The position numbers and the translations under genes are program-made. The notes under the pieces were generated by a model. It searched no databases and was not told where the DNA came from. It saw only the letters and a program-made list of their open reading frames with translations. Shown here piece by piece: positions 1 to 10,559 of a stretch of 64,000 nt of DNA. Source of the stretch: Escherichia phage N2. The stretch lies in sequence record ON645936.1, one strand, 5' to 3'. Each line of letters opens with the position of its first letter. Position 1 is the stretch's first letter.

Positions 1-254
1 AGTCTCAAAAAGAAAAAGTCTCTGCTCTGGTCGAAGGTATGGATTATTCAGATGAATTCTCAAGTAAATTGAGTGCCATCGTAGAAATGGTGAAGAAGTC
101 TAATAAAGATGAAAGCACTATTACTGAGGGTATAAATACTCCTGATACTGAAGCAGCCGGACTGAATTTCGTCACTGAAGCTGTAGAAGATAAAGCTGCA
201 CCTGGTGCAGAAGATATTGTAAGTGTATATGCGAAAGTCGCATCTCGTTTCTAA
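1..254 (+). CDS. Prohead core/scaffold protein gp22, C-terminal end (5' truncated by window edge)
   Basis: Frame open from window edge to stop at 252-254, directly upstream of gp23 as in T4 head gene order; identity by position only. Confidence 0.5.
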   Translation, partial: SQKEKVSALVEGMDYSDEFSSKLSAIVEMVKKSNKDESTITEGINTPDTEAAGLNFVTEAVEDKAAPGAEDIVSVYAKVASRF

Positions 255-272
255 TTTTAAAGGTTAACACAA

Positions 273-1838
273 ATGACTATCAAAACTAAAGCTGAACTTT
301 TGAACAAATGGAAGCCATTACTGGAAGGTGAAGGCCTGCCGGAAATCGCTAATAGCAAGCAGGCTATTATCGCTAAAATCTTCGAAAACCAGGAAAAAGA
401 TTTCGAAGTATCCCCTGAATATAAAGACGAGAAAATCGCTCAGGCATTTGGTTCTTTCTTGACCGAAGCTGAAATTGGTGGTGACCACGGTTATAATGCT
501 ACCAACATCGCTGCAGGTCAGACTTCTGGCGCAGTAACTCAGATTGGCCCAGCTGTTATGGGTATGGTACGTCGTGCCATTCCTAACCTGATTGCTTTCG
601 ATATTTGCGGTGTTCAGCCGATGAACAGCCCGACTGGCCAGGTATTCGCACTGCGTGCAGTATACGGTAAAGACCCGGTCGCTTCTGGTGCTAAAGAAGC
701 ATTCCACCCAATGTATGGTCCAGATGCAATGTTCTCTGGTCAGGGTGCTGCTAAGAAATTCACAGCTCTGGCTGCTAGCACACAAACCGTTGTAGGTGAT
801 ATCTATACTCACTTCTTCCAGGACACTGGTACTGTGTATCTGCAAGCTTCCGCTGTAGTAACAATCGATCCTAGTGCTAGTGATGCAGCTAAATTAGATG
901 CTGAAATTAAGAAACAAATGGAAGCTGGTGCACTGGTAGAAATCGCTGAAGGTATGGCTACTTCTATTGCTGAACTTCAGGAAGGTTTCAATGGTTCTAC
1001 CGATAACCCATGGAATGAAATGGGCTTCCGTATCGATAAACAAGTTATCGAAGCTAAATCTCGCCAGCTGAAAGCTGCTTACTCTATCGAATTAGCACAA
1101 GACCTCCGCGCTGTTCACGGTATGGATGCTGATGCTGAACTGTCTGGCATTCTGGCTACAGAAATTATGCTGGAAATCAACCGTGAAGTTGTTGATTGGA
1201 TTAACTACTCCGCTCAGGTTGGTAAATCTGGTATGACCCTGACTCCAGGTTCTAAAGCTGGTGTATTTGACTTCCAGGATCCGATTGATATTCGTGGTGC
1301 TCGCTGGGCGGGTGAATCCTTTAAAGCTCTGTTGTTCCAGATTGACAAAGAAGCAGTTGAAATTGCTCGTCAGACCGGTCGTGGTGAAGGTAACTTCATT
1401 ATCGCTTCCCGTAACGTAGTTAACGTTCTGGCTTCAGTTGATACCGGCATTTCTTATGCTGCACAAGGTCTGGCTACCGGCTTTAACACTGATACTACCA
1501 AGTCAGTATTTGCTGGTGTTCTGGGTGGTAAATACCGTGTATATATCGACCAGTATGCTAAACAGGATTATTTCACTGTAGGTTATAAAGGTCCGAACGA
1601 AATGGATGCTGGTATTTACTATGCTCCATATGTAGCTCTGACTCCGCTGCGTGGTTCCGATCCGAAGAACTTCCAACCAGTAATGGGATTCAAAACTCGT
1701 TACGGTATCGGTATCAACCCATTTGCAGAATCCGCTGCTCAGGCTCCGGCTTCTCGCATTCAAAGCGGTATGCCTTCTATTCTGAATAGCCTTGGTAAAA
1801 ACGCTTACTTCCGCCGTGTATATGTTAAAGGTATCTAA
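273..1838 (+). CDS. 23: Major capsid protein gp23
   Basis: 521-aa ORF; MTIKTKAELLNKWKPLLEGEG... matches T4 gp23 as I recall it; same length; followed by hairpin terminator. Confidence 0.96.
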   Translation: MTIKTKAELLNKWKPLLEGEGLPEIANSKQAIIAKIFENQEKDFEVSPEYKDEKIAQAFGSFLTEAEIGGDHGYNATNIAAGQTSGAVTQIGPAVMGMVRRAIPNLIAFDICGVQPMNSPTGQVFALRAVYGKDPVASGAKEAFHPMYGPDAMFSGQGAAKKFTALAASTQTVVGDIYTHFFQDTGTVYLQASAVVTIDPSASDAAKLDAEIKKQMEAGALVEIAEGMATSIAELQEGFNGSTDNPWNEMGFRIDKQVIEAKSRQLKAAYSIELAQDLRAVHGMDADAELSGILATEIMLEINREVVDWINYSAQVGKSGMTLTPGSKAGVFDFQDPIDIRGARWAGESFKALLFQIDKEAVEIARQTGRGEGNFIIASRNVVNVLASVDTGISYAAQGLATGFNTDTTKSVFAGVLGGKYRVYIDQYAKQDYFTVGYKGPNEMDAGIYYAPYVALTPLRGSDPKNFQPVMGFKTRYGIGINPFAESAAQAPASRIQSGMPSILNSLGKNAYFRRVYVKGI

Positions 1839-1852
1839 TCTTTGACGATTTA

Positions 1853-1880
1853 AGGGACCTTCGGGTCCCTTTAGTTGTTT
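1853..1880 (+). terminator. Intrinsic terminator after gene 23
   Basis: GGGACC-UUCG-GGUCCC hairpin followed by U-rich tract. Confidence 0.7.
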
Positions 1881-1886
1881 TTATGG

Positions 1887-1894
1887 TATAAATA
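1887..1894 (+). promoter_or_regulatory. Late promoter TATAAATA (gene 24)
   Basis: Exact TATAAATA 28 nt upstream of gp24 ATG. Confidence 0.7.
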
Positions 1895-1921
1895 AATCAT
1901 ATAAACCAAAAGGAAAGCGCA

Positions 1922-3205
1922 ATGGCTAAAATCAACGAACTTCTGCGCGAGTCAACCACAACGAATAGCAACTCAATCGGTCGCCCAAATCTCGTTGCTT
2001 TGACTCGCGCTACCACTAAATTAATATATTCCGACATTGTAGCAACACAAAGAACTAATCAACCTGTTGCTGCTTTTTATGGTATCAAATACCTTAACCC
2101 AGACAATGAATTTACATTTAAAACTGGTGCTACTTACGCTGGCGAAGCTGGGTACGTAGACCGAGAACAAATCACAGAATTAACAGAAGAGTCTAAATTA
2201 ACTCTCAATAAAGGCGATTTATTCAAATATAATAATATCGTTTATAAAGTATTAGAAGATACACCATTTGCTGATATTGAAGAAAGCGATTTAGAATTAG
2301 CTCTTCAGATTGCAATTGTTCTTTTAAAGGTTCGTCTATTTTCTGATGCAGCATCAACAAGCAAATTTGAAAGCTCTGATAGCGAAATTGCGGATGCTAG
2401 ATTCCAGATTAATAAATGGCAAACCGCAGTTAAATCTCGTAAACTTAAAACTGGCATTACAGTTGAATTAGCACAAGATTTAGAAGCAAATGGATTCGAT
2501 GCTCCTAATTTCTTGGAAGATTTGCTTGCAACTGAAATGGCGGATGAAATCAATAAAGATATTCTGCAATCTTTGATTACAGTATCAAAACGCTATAAAG
2601 TTACAGGAATTACTGATACTGGATTCATTGATTTGAGTTATGCATCTGCACCTGAAGCTGGTCGTTCATTATACCGAATGGTGTGTGAAATGGTTTCGCA
2701 TATCCAAAAAGAATCAACTTATACTGCAACGTTCTGTGTTGCTTCAGCTCGTGCCGCTGCGATTCTTGCTGCATCAGGTTGGTTAAAACATAAACCAGAA
2801 GATGATAAATATCTTTCACAAAATGCCTATGGGTTCTTAGCTAATGGTTTACCGCTTTATTGCGATACTAACAGCCCATTAGATTATGTAATCGTTGGCG
2901 TAGTAGAAAATATTGGTGAAAAAGAAATTGTCGGATCAATTTTCTATGCTCCGTATACAGAAGGTCTTGACTTAGATGACCCTGAACATGTAGGTGCATT
3001 TAAAGTTGTAGTTGATCCAGAAAGCTTACAACCATCTATCGGTTTATTGGTTAGATATGCTTTATCTGCAAATCCTTACACTGTAGCAAAAGATGAAAAA
3101 GAAGCAAGAATAATTGATGGTGGAGACATGGATAAAATGGCGGGTCGTTCAGATTTGTCTGTTTTATTAGGTGTTAAATTACCAAAAATTATCGTTGATG
3201 AATAA
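1922..3205 (+). CDS. 24: Head vertex protein gp24 (gp23 paralog)
   Basis: 427 aa, T4 gp24 length and position; TATAAATA late promoter 28 nt upstream; shared motifs with gp23 (ELAQDL, FYAPY). Confidence 0.92.
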   Translation: MAKINELLRESTTTNSNSIGRPNLVALTRATTKLIYSDIVATQRTNQPVAAFYGIKYLNPDNEFTFKTGATYAGEAGYVDREQITELTEESKLTLNKGDLFKYNNIVYKVLEDTPFADIEESDLELALQIAIVLLKVRLFSDAASTSKFESSDSEIADARFQINKWQTAVKSRKLKTGITVELAQDLEANGFDAPNFLEDLLATEMADEINKDILQSLITVSKRYKVTGITDTGFIDLSYASAPEAGRSLYRMVCEMVSHIQKESTYTATFCVASARAAAILAASGWLKHKPEDDKYLSQNAYGFLANGLPLYCDTNSPLDYVIVGVVENIGEKEIVGSIFYAPYTEGLDLDDPEHVGAFKVVVDPESLQPSIGLLVRYALSANPYTVAKDEKEARIIDGGDMDKMAGRSDLSVLLGVKLPKIIVDE

Positions 3206-3207
3206 AA

Positions 3208-3235
3208 CAAAGGGACCAAAAGGTCCCTTTTTATT
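3208..3235. terminator. Bidirectional intrinsic terminator between gene 24 (+) and rnlB (-)
   Basis: AAGGGACC-AAAA-GGUCCCUU hairpin flanked by A/T runs on both sides. Confidence 0.65.
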
Positions 3236-4239
3236 TAACTTACCAATTCAATCCAAGCCGGACGAAGTACATCTTGTACCATTTTAACTAATTCCTTTTT
3301 AATCAAAGAAGGATTATCCGCTTGAGTTAGAGTAATACCTTCACGAGAAGTTTCTTCCAAAATATCTTGAACAGTTAGCCCCATCACCTTTCCAAAATCT
3401 TTTGGACCAATTTCGCCAATTTTAGAAATAACATTATTTACTCGGTTCAGTGTAACGTAGCAAGCTAAAATTCCCAGCAATTTATTATCAGCTTCTGACA
3501 ACTCAACTTTAGCTTTAATAGGCTTATCAGACTTTTTCTTTTCGCTAAATTTAGAGTTCTTGCATTTAATAGCGACACGATTGCCATTAGGCATCCAAGA
3601 AGGATAACAAGGTTTCAATACATATCCTTCAGCAGTAAATACTTCGCCTTTTGCTTCGGCATTCCAAACGCATTTATTTGCATCAACTAATCCAGCATGG
3701 TCTACTGTAAAATTATAATCCTGGACGACAGAATCTAAATCATTTGGCAATTTAATAAGTTCTTCAAATTTACCACGACCCAAAAGTGGAGCCATTTTAA
3801 ATTTGAATGTATTACAGAATGATTCCATCATATAATCATCGACATAAGTCACATCACCACTTTCTGTAGTAACAATAATGTCAAATACATAAAAATCTTT
3901 ATCACCATAATCGACATTCTTCTGAATGCCAGGTCCAGCGAATTCGCCGAAGACTTGATAAGATACAACTGCCGAAGTTTCCATAATATCTTGTACTGCT
4001 TTAATGGAATCAGCGTAATTCTTTAGAATAATTTCATACCCAAAGAAATCTTCAGCAGGAAGAATCGGTCCAGTACGTTTAGCACAAGTTGCTTTATCGC
4101 GTTCAATAATCAGTGAGAAATTTGTGCCATGAATCTTTTCACGAGCTACCCATTCGCCGCCAGTCAATCCTAAACTGTAAAGTTTTTCAATGAACTTAGA
4201 ATTGTAATGATTTTCAAGACTGCTATACTTTTTAAACAT
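3235..4239 (-). CDS. rnlB: RNA ligase 2 (Rnl2)
   Basis: 334 aa; [16 protein letters not shown]... and ligase motif KIHGTN (lysine nucleotidyltransferase motif I) as in T4 Rnl2. Confidence 0.92.
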   Translation of the reverse strand: MFKKYSSLENHYNSKFIEKLYSLGLTGGEWVAREKIHGTNFSLIIERDKATCAKRTGPILPAEDFFGYEIILKNYADSIKAVQDIMETSAVVSYQVFGEFAGPGIQKNVDYGDKDFYVFDIIVTTESGDVTYVDDYMMESFCNTFKFKMAPLLGRGKFEELIKLPNDLDSVVQDYNFTVDHAGLVDANKCVWNAEAKGEVFTAEGYVLKPCYPSWMPNGNRVAIKCKNSKFSEKKKSDKPIKAKVELSEADNKLLGILACYVTLNRVNNVISKIGEIGPKDFGKVMGLTVQDILEETSREGITLTQADNPSLIKKELVKMVQDVLRPAWIELVS

Positions 4240-4248
4240 AATTAATCC

Positions 4249-4527
4249 TCAAAATGTAATTTCTAACCAATCACCATCACGCTGATCACTATTGACTTTA
4301 AAGCTAAATCCTTCTTTTCTCAGCCAATCACCAATTTCTTCAGTAATCAATTTATCGCGAGCAGTGCAATAATAACTAAAATATGTTTTACCTTGCTCAG
4401 CTGCTTTATTAGCAAGTTCCGAAAAATCTTTAATAAAACACTCTAGTTTAAACTGTTTACTTTTAAGTGCTTTTTCGCGTAATTGATTAGCGAAAGATTC
4501 ATTTTCATAAAAATCATACTGTTCCAT
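4249..4527 (-). CDS. Hypothetical protein
   Basis: 92-aa ORF tightly packed downstream of rnlB on minus strand; no recognisable motif. Confidence 0.5.
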   Translation of the reverse strand: MEQYDFYENESFANQLREKALKSKQFKLECFIKDFSELANKAAEQGKTYFSYYCTARDKLITEEIGDWLRKEGFSFKVNSDQRDGDWLEITF

Positions 4528-4729
4528 TTTTCACCTTTTTATTAATATGTCTTTTTCTATAGACAACTTTTTCTCGAGTCTCAAATTTATTCTTAGCAGT
4601 CATAGCTCGAGCCCATAATACAGCCACTTCCTTTGCCTGTAAGTTCAATTCACGAGCAATTTCAATGAATGACTTTCCAGACTCATGGAGTGTAAACACC
4701 ACAACCTCAGTTCTCATAATCAATCTCAT
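4514..4729 (-). CDS. Hypothetical protein
   Basis: 71-aa ORF overlapping start of downstream ORF; basic C-terminus; no motif recognised. Confidence 0.45.
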   Translation of the reverse strand: MRLIMRTEVVVFTLHESGKSFIEIARELNLQAKEVAVLWARAMTAKNKFETREKVVYRKRHINKKVKNGTV

Positions 4730-4794
4730 GTTATCGAGTTAATGCCATTATATACAACGTTTTCTGATTGTGTTTTGCGTGCTTTCAAAATGAA

Positions 4795-4815
4795 GAAAGG
4801 GGCCGAAGCCCCTAA
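4795..4815 (-). terminator. Intrinsic terminator after hoc
   Basis: GGGGC-CGAA-GCCCC hairpin with U-run on minus strand. Confidence 0.65.
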
Positions 4816-4817
4816 GA

Positions 4818-5948
4818 TTATGGATAGGTATAGATGATACCAGTTTCTAAAGCAGTTTTATGAATGATGTATCCATTACGCGATTCTTGGACATCAACTT
4901 CTGGATAATCTTTCATCATCTTCTGGAGAGTGTAACGATGCAGGTAGTATTTACTATCTGGATCGTCAGTTTTCCAATCTTTACCTTCTTCAGTCATTTT
5001 TTGGATTTCATCCATAACCCACCAACCGCACCAGATGTAAGCTGAAGTACGATGTGGAAGAGGATGGACATAAGGCAATTCACCTTCTGGTTCTGGAGCA
5101 ACTTTATCAGTTACCTGAACTTGACCTGTTGCTGTAATAGTTTTGCTATCATAATCAGCAGCAGTAACAGTTGCAGTAACTTCAATAGTTTGACTTCCAA
5201 TAGATGAGGTATCAACTGTATATACATTAGTTGACCCTTCTACAGGAGAAGAATCTTTCTTCCACGAGTAAGTAATTTGTGCTTCTTCTGGAGCACCCGT
5301 AACATTAGCCGTAAATGTAGCCGAAGCATCTTTCTGAACGTTAATAGAAGGAGGAGTCAATGTAACCTGTGGATTCATTGTCTTCTTATTAACCGTTAAT
5401 GACACTTCATTAGAAGTAACGCTTAGTGCATCATAATCTGTCGCGGTTACTTGAGCTATACACTTGATTTTTTTAACTCCGCTTGTGGTAGGAGTGTAAT
5501 TGAATGTAGCGCTAGTTGCTTCGTCCACAGGAGAATCATCTACATACCACTGATACGTAGCAGATGCTCCATCAGGTTGAGAAGCTAAGGCAGCAGTAAA
5601 TTGAACTGGGGTTCCGATTACTCCAGCGTCAGGGTTATCAGGAGTTACAGCCAATGTAGTTGACTGAGTTTTATTTTTAACTGTGATAGTTGTTGTCGCT
5701 TCAGCCGTTTCCGGGCCTCCTTCAGAAAGTGTATTTGTTGCAACAACTTTAATTGTTTTTGTTCCAGCAGGTCCTTTTAATACATAATTAAAAGTTGCTT
5801 CAGCTCCATCTTGTGGAACATTATCTACGCTCCAAGCATATGTAATAGGTCCATCTCCAGTTTGACCACTGGGTGTAGCAGTAAACTGCTGAGTCTGATC
5901 TATAACTCCAGTAGGTGTTTTAGGAGTTATATCAACTGTAAAAGTCAT
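4818..5948 (-). CDS. hoc: Highly immunogenic outer capsid protein Hoc (Ig-like domains)
   Basis: 376 aa, T4 Hoc length and position between gene 24 region and inh; repeated Thr/Val-rich Ig-like segments; hairpin terminator downstream. Confidence 0.85.
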   Translation of the reverse strand: MTFTVDITPKTPTGVIDQTQQFTATPSGQTGDGPITYAWSVDNVPQDGAEATFNYVLKGPAGTKTIKVVATNTLSEGGPETAEATTTITVKNKTQSTTLAVTPDNPDAGVIGTPVQFTAALASQPDGASATYQWYVDDSPVDEATSATFNYTPTTSGVKKIKCIAQVTATDYDALSVTSNEVSLTVNKKTMNPQVTLTPPSINVQKDASATFTANVTGAPEEAQITYSWKKDSSPVEGSTNVYTVDTSSIGSQTIEVTATVTAADYDSKTITATGQVQVTDKVAPEPEGELPYVHPLPHRTSAYIWCGWWVMDEIQKMTEEGKDWKTDDPDSKYYLHRYTLQKMMKDYPEVDVQESRNGYIIHKTALETGIIYTYP

Positions 5949-5957
5949 AAGTTATCC

Positions 5958-6638
5958 TTATTTTAATGTTACGAAAGAAGAATTGCGTGTTTCACGAATT
6001 AAAACTGATCCATCACGATTAATGTAATAAATTAAGCTAAATAAAGTTTGGTGTGCTGACGCGTGTTCAAAACTAGTTGGGTGAGATTTCCAATCCGGAG
6101 TTTCAGCTATCCATTGATAAATCCACCAAGGAACAGTGCAGAATCCTGGATTTTTTCCAATCAGCTGAAGATTCGGACTAAAGTTTTCCGGAAGAGTAAA
6201 TACAGACGGCTTTTCAGATTCAATAATCTCAGCTACAGCCTGTTCAAATTTTTCTTCAACAAAAGGAGTATCTTCAATCAAAACATCGGTATTTTCGGGA
6301 ATTTTATCCATTTCTACTACTTCAATTTTAATATCAGATTTAACCGGAGAATCAATCAGAAGTGCTGCTTCTGGATTGACTTCTTCATCGTCATATTTTA
6401 ACCCCTCTGCGGCATCAGCAGCATCAATTAAGTCTTTAATAGATAACCCATCAGTCTCTGGCATAGGTTCACTAGCGAGCTTCTGGAGGGCTTCTTCAAT
6501 ATCAGCAACGATATTATCAAAAGATTTATTCTTTTTGACCTTTATACCAAACTGTTCAGCGTATTCAGCTAATTTAGCTTTAGCTTCTTTGTTATCATCA
6601 AGAGCCTTCAGCTCTGCAATATAATCTTTATCTATCAT
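5958..6638 (-). CDS. inh: Inhibitor of prohead protease Inh
   Basis: 226 aa acidic protein at the T4 inh position between hoc and uvsW. Confidence 0.7.
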   Translation of the reverse strand: MIDKDYIAELKALDDNKEAKAKLAEYAEQFGIKVKKNKSFDNIVADIEEALQKLASEPMPETDGLSIKDLIDAADAAEGLKYDDEEVNPEAALLIDSPVKSDIKIEVVEMDKIPENTDVLIEDTPFVEEKFEQAVAEIIESEKPSVFTLPENFSPNLQLIGKNPGFCTVPWWIYQWIAETPDWKSHPTSFEHASAHQTLFSLIYYINRDGSVLIRETRNSSFVTLK

Positions 6639-6651
6639 AATATTTCCTCAG

Positions 6652-6659
6652 TATAAATA
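6652..6659 (+). promoter_or_regulatory. Late promoter TATAAATA (uvsW)
   Basis: Exact TATAAATA 30 nt upstream of uvsW ATG. Confidence 0.7.
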
Positions 6660-6688
6660 TAGATATATTTATTACATGGTATTTAGAC

Positions 6689-8200
6689 ATGACTGACATT
6701 AAAGTACATTTTTATGATTTTAGTCACGTGAGAATTGATTGTGAAGAAAGTACATTTCATGAACTCCGTGATTTCTTTAGCTTCGAAGCTGACGGGTATC
6801 GGTTTAATCCGAAGTACAGATATGGCAACTGGGATGGACGAATCCGTCTTTTAGATTATAATCGCCTTCTTCCGTTCGGATTAGTCGGGCAAATTAAAAA
6901 GTTCTGTGATAACTTTGGCTATAAAGCCTGGATTGACCCGCAAATTAACGAAAAAGAAGAATTATCAAGAAAAGATTTTGATGAATGGCTTTCTAAATTA
7001 GAAATCTATTCAGGCAATAAAAGAATTGAACCGCATTGGTATCAAAAAGATGCAGTGTTCGAAGGATTAGTTAATCGTCGTAGAATTCTTAATCTTCCAA
7101 CATCCGCAGGTAAATCCTTAATTCAAGCTTTGCTTGCACGTTATTATTTGGAAAATTATGAAGGTAAAATTCTTATCATTGTTCCAACAACTGCTCTGAC
7201 AACTCAGATGGCTGATGACTTTGTTGACTATCGTTTATTCAGTCATGCAATGATAAAGAAAATCGGTGGTGGAGCATCAAAAGATGATAAATATAAAAAT
7301 GATGCACCAGTCGTTGTTGGTACATGGCAAACTGTAGTTAAACAACCAAAAGAATGGTTCTCACAGTTTGGAATGATGATGAATGATGAATGCCATCTTG
7401 CTACAGGAAAAAGTATTTCATCTATCATATCAGGTTTAAATAACTGCATGTTCAAATTTGGTTTGTCTGGTTCATTACGTGATGGCAAAGCCAATATCAT
7501 GCAGTATGTTGGAATGTTTGGTGAAATATTTAAGCCAGTAACGACTTCTAAATTAATGGAAGATGGACAAGTAACTGAGCTAAAAATTAATAGTATTTTT
7601 CTTCGCTATCCCGATGAGTTCACTACTAAATTAAAGGGAAAAACTTACCAAGAAGAAATAAAAATTATTACTGGGCTCAGTAAAAGAAATAAATGGATCG
7701 CTAAATTAGCTATTAAGCTTGCGCAAAAAGATGAAAACGCTTTTGTCATGTTTAAACATGTATCGCATGGTAAAGCTATTTTCGATTTAATTAAAAATGA
7801 ATACGATAAAGTTTATTACGTATCAGGGGAAGTTGATACCGAAACCCGCAACGTAATGAAAACCTTAGCTGAAAATGGTAAAGGAATAATTATAGTAGCG
7901 AGTTATGGTGTATTTTCTACTGGTATTTCAGTTAAAAATCTGCATCATGTTGTTTTAGCGCACGGCGTTAAATCAAAAATCATTGTATTACAAACAATCG
8001 GTCGTGTATTACGTAAGCATGGTTCTAAAACAGTCGCAACAGTCTGGGACCTCATAGATGATTGTGGCGTTAAGCCAAAATCTGCTAATACGAAAAAGAA
8101 ATATGTCCATTTGAACTATCTTTTAAAACACGGCATTGATCGTATTCAGCGCTACGCAGATGAAAAATTTAATTACGTAATGAAAACAGTTAATTTATAA
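6689..8200 (+). CDS. uvsW: UvsW DNA/RNA helicase (SF2)
   Basis: 503 aa; Walker A-like PTSAGKS, DEAD-like MNDECH, helicase C motifs (TIGRVLR); TATAAATA 30 nt upstream. Confidence 0.9.
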   Translation: MTDIKVHFYDFSHVRIDCEESTFHELRDFFSFEADGYRFNPKYRYGNWDGRIRLLDYNRLLPFGLVGQIKKFCDNFGYKAWIDPQINEKEELSRKDFDEWLSKLEIYSGNKRIEPHWYQKDAVFEGLVNRRRILNLPTSAGKSLIQALLARYYLENYEGKILIIVPTTALTTQMADDFVDYRLFSHAMIKKIGGGASKDDKYKNDAPVVVGTWQTVVKQPKEWFSQFGMMMNDECHLATGKSISSIISGLNNCMFKFGLSGSLRDGKANIMQYVGMFGEIFKPVTTSKLMEDGQVTELKINSIFLRYPDEFTTKLKGKTYQEEIKIITGLSKRNKWIAKLAIKLAQKDENAFVMFKHVSHGKAIFDLIKNEYDKVYYVSGEVDTETRNVMKTLAENGKGIIIVASYGVFSTGISVKNLHHVVLAHGVKSKIIVLQTIGRVLRKHGSKTVATVWDLIDDCGVKPKSANTKKKYVHLNYLLKHGIDRIQRYADEKFNYVMKTVNL

Positions 8201-8216
8201 GGGCTTCGGCCCTTTG
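8199..8216 (+). terminator. Hairpin after uvsW
   Basis: AAGGGC-UUCG-GCCCUU hairpin; weak U-tract. Confidence 0.45.
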
Positions 8217-8225
8217 GAGAAAAAG

Positions 8226-8456
8226 ATGTTACTAGGATTTAAACAATTTCTTTATGAAGCTTCTATTGATGAATTTATGGGTAAAATTGCCTCTTGCCAA
8301 ACATTAGAAGGTCTAGAAGAACTTGAAGCTTATTATAAGAAAAGAGTTAAAGAAACTGAATTAAAAGATACTGATGACATCTCTGTCAGAGATGCTTTGG
8401 CAGGAAAAAGAGCTGAATTAGAAGATTCAGACGATGAAGTAGAAGAAAGCTTTTAA
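8226..8456 (+). CDS. UvsW.1 small acidic protein
   Basis: 76 aa from MLLGFKQ... with GGAG RBS; position after uvsW as in T4; start chosen at second ATG of track ORF. Confidence 0.6.
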   Translation: MLLGFKQFLYEASIDEFMGKIASCQTLEGLEELEAYYKKRVKETELKDTDDISVRDALAGKRAELEDSDDEVEESF

Positions 8457-8511
8457 ATTAAAAAAGGCCCAACCAAAAAGGAAGGGCCAAAACTATAGAC
8501 TAAAGGTCACA

Positions 8512-8679
8512 CTATAGCAAAAGTTGAGTTTCATTTAATTGTTCTTCCGAACTTTCTGAAACTGGTAGTTCTTTAATGTAATTATAGCAAGGCCCAGGAT
8601 GTACAGGACCTTTGTCTGTTTCAACAACCAATGCAGAATCGATTGGAGTTTTACAGACAACACAAATCTTATCTGACAT
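8512..8679 (-). CDS. Hypothetical small zinc-ribbon-like protein
   Basis: Track ORF 8512..8742 trimmed to MSDKICVVCK... start with GGAGA RBS; CxxC...C motif; late promoter 26 nt upstream. Confidence 0.5.
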   Translation of the reverse strand: MSDKICVVCKTPIDSALVVETDKGPVHPGPCYNYIKELPVSESSEEQLNETQLLL

Positions 8680-8704
8680 GATTGTCTCCTTTTGAATATA
8701 GTAA

Positions 8705-8712
8705 TATTTATA
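8705..8712 (-). promoter_or_regulatory. Late promoter TATAAATA (minus strand, small Zn-ribbon ORF / uvsY region)
   Basis: Reverse complement of tatttata gives TATAAATA 26 nt upstream of the MSDKICVVCK start. Confidence 0.55.
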
Positions 8713-8802
8713 AACCCATTTTAATCCGCATTTCTTGTACACGGATTAAGCAAGCTTCCATCTCTGCTAATAGTCGAAATACTTCTTTATAATCTGTCAT
8801 AT

Positions 8803-9030
8803 TTACCCCATATCTCTCATATGCATATCAATGCCCATATCTTTAGAATAAAAATATTCATCAAGATATCCGGCAAATTTTCCTTTAATATAAAGGACAT
8901 CTTCACCACATGGGTGGTCGGCCAGGATACGAATATCCTGACGCTTAAGATTATACTTTTTCATTAAGAATTGAATTTCCGTTTCAAATTCTTCTTCATA
9001 ATTAAAAGCATCATCAATGCTATATCTCAT
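8803..9030 (-). CDS. Hypothetical protein
   Basis: 75-aa ORF immediately upstream-adjacent to uvsY on minus strand, stop overlapping uvsY region. Confidence 0.5.
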   Translation of the reverse strand: MRYSIDDAFNYEEEFETEIQFLMKKYNLKRQDIRILADHPCGEDVLYIKGKFAGYLDEYFYSKDMGIDMHMRDMG

Positions 9031-9443
9031 TATTTTCCAGCCTCAAATGCCCGCATGTCTTGAATATGCTTAATAGCAAATCCTCGTGATTTGATAGCAT
9101 CAAGAGCTCCGCTACAGAAATCTAATAAAATTCCCCAATACTGTAATGAAGTATCAACTTTTAAAACATCCTTATCAGCTGATAGAACTGTCTTCATTTC
9201 TGATTTCTCATAACGGTCCATACTAAATTCATCACCATCTCCTCGTCCCGAGTAGTAGTCTAATCTAGCTTTAAGAGCAACTTTTTTCTGTGCGTCAATT
9301 CTAAGCATTTCCTTTTTAATACTTGAATGCTTATTGAGCCATTTACTATATAACATCACATTATTAGCTGCTTCATACTGTAATTTAGTCGAATCTATAA
9401 ACACATCTTTCTTCAATTCTTCTTGAAGATCTTCTAATTTCAT
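9030..9443 (-). CDS. uvsY: Recombination mediator UvsY
   Basis: 137 aa, T4 UvsY length and position; MKLEDLQEELKKD... N-terminus. Confidence 0.88.
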   Translation of the reverse strand: MKLEDLQEELKKDVFIDSTKLQYEAANNVMLYSKWLNKHSSIKKEMLRIDAQKKVALKARLDYYSGRGDGDEFSMDRYEKSEMKTVLSADKDVLKVDTSLQYWGILLDFCSGALDAIKSRGFAIKHIQDMRAFEAGK

Positions 9444-9509
9444 ATTGTTCTCTATTCAATTGTTATTGGATGGACTTAGATTCATTATACCACGTTTACG
9501 CGTGAAGCA

Positions 9510-9908
9510 TTATACTCTATTACTGGAAGCCAGTTGCAGTTTTATCTGCTCAATATCATCAGGGTTATCGATGACTGAAAAGCGTATTTCTACTATCAGA
9601 GTATAATCATCATAAACTGGTATTACATTAACTGCTAATTTATCAATACGCGGCTCATAGTTTCTTACTGCGCTTTCGATGTTACGCTCAACTGTATCAG
9701 CAGTAAGAGGAGTCATATTCTCAAAAAGCTGATCAGATAAATCGCATCCAAATTCTGGGTCAAAAGGTCTCGACCCTTTTCTGGTTGTAATAATTCCTAA
9801 AAGGCTATTTTTAATTGACCTTAATCCAAGAGATCTAGAAACATCTTTGTCCCAATCCATTTTCATTTCTGGGTCAATGTCAGAATAAAGCTTATTAATA
9901 TTTGCCAT
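9510..9908 (-). CDS. 25: Baseplate wedge subunit gp25
   Basis: 132 aa, T4 gp25 length; position before gp26; lysozyme-like baseplate protein family by context. Confidence 0.88.
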   Translation of the reverse strand: MANINKLYSDIDPEMKMDWDKDVSRSLGLRSIKNSLLGIITTRKGSRPFDPEFGCDLSDQLFENMTPLTADTVERNIESAVRNYEPRIDKLAVNVIPVYDDYTLIVEIRFSVIDNPDDIEQIKLQLASSNRV

Positions 9909-10534
9909 TACAATAGCTCAAAGAATTCTTTGAGTCCTCTTATTACATGAGCGTGAGATTTTCCACACTCTGGACACTTAATTGGAACAGCCAAATACAC
10001 AGTAGGCTTTAAAAGCATATCTTTTATAGCTACAATATCTGACTCTGTGATGATAGAATATAAATCTTCCAACTCTTTTTCATTTAAGTCTTCAACTGGA
10101 ATGCTTTCCCCGTTAGCATGAATCGTTTCTATGCATGATACTATCATGTGGGCTATATTTTTATCATCAAAAATTTTAGGGTAATGGAACTTAATTTTAA
10201 TGTCACCCAGTGTATACCAGAGGTCTTCTGGTGCATCTATTTGCGTATGTAATAGATTTATATGGGTTGGTATTTCAGTTCCACAGGTGCACTTCCAGGA
10301 GTTTTCGTGATTAACTTCTCCAAGAGAATGCGCCCATAAATGAATCAGCAGTAGTTCTGATTCTTGGCGGTTTAAATCTTTTGCATTTGTGCAGTCTTTG
10401 ATTAGCTTTTTAACGATCTCTTCTACTGAACCGTTCTTTTTAGCAGTAATAAGTTCTAGATATTCTTTAAGAGTAAATGCGCGACAGTTGATTATTTTAG
10501 AACCAACTCTCACATCAAATTTGTATTCATACAT
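9908..10534 (-). CDS. 26: Baseplate hub subunit gp26
   Basis: 208 aa; divergent from gp51 as in T4; stop/start overlap with gp25. Confidence 0.82.
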   Translation of the reverse strand: MYEYKFDVRVGSKIINCRAFTLKEYLELITAKKNGSVEEIVKKLIKDCTNAKDLNRQESELLLIHLWAHSLGEVNHENSWKCTCGTEIPTHINLLHTQIDAPEDLWYTLGDIKIKFHYPKIFDDKNIAHMIVSCIETIHANGESIPVEDLNEKELEDLYSIITESDIVAIKDMLLKPTVYLAVPIKCPECGKSHAHVIRGLKEFFELL

Positions 10535-10559
10535 ATTTAGCTCCTTTATTTATCATATT

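Noticed and set aside
318-845. 175-aa minus-strand ORF inside gene 23 (and similar antisense ORFs at 1503..1763, 2305..2553, 46763..47005, 52124..52321, 35311..35523, 36452..36983)
   Set aside because: Fully embedded antisense to high-confidence conserved CDSs; no RBS or promoter; typical spurious frames in AT-rich phage DNA.
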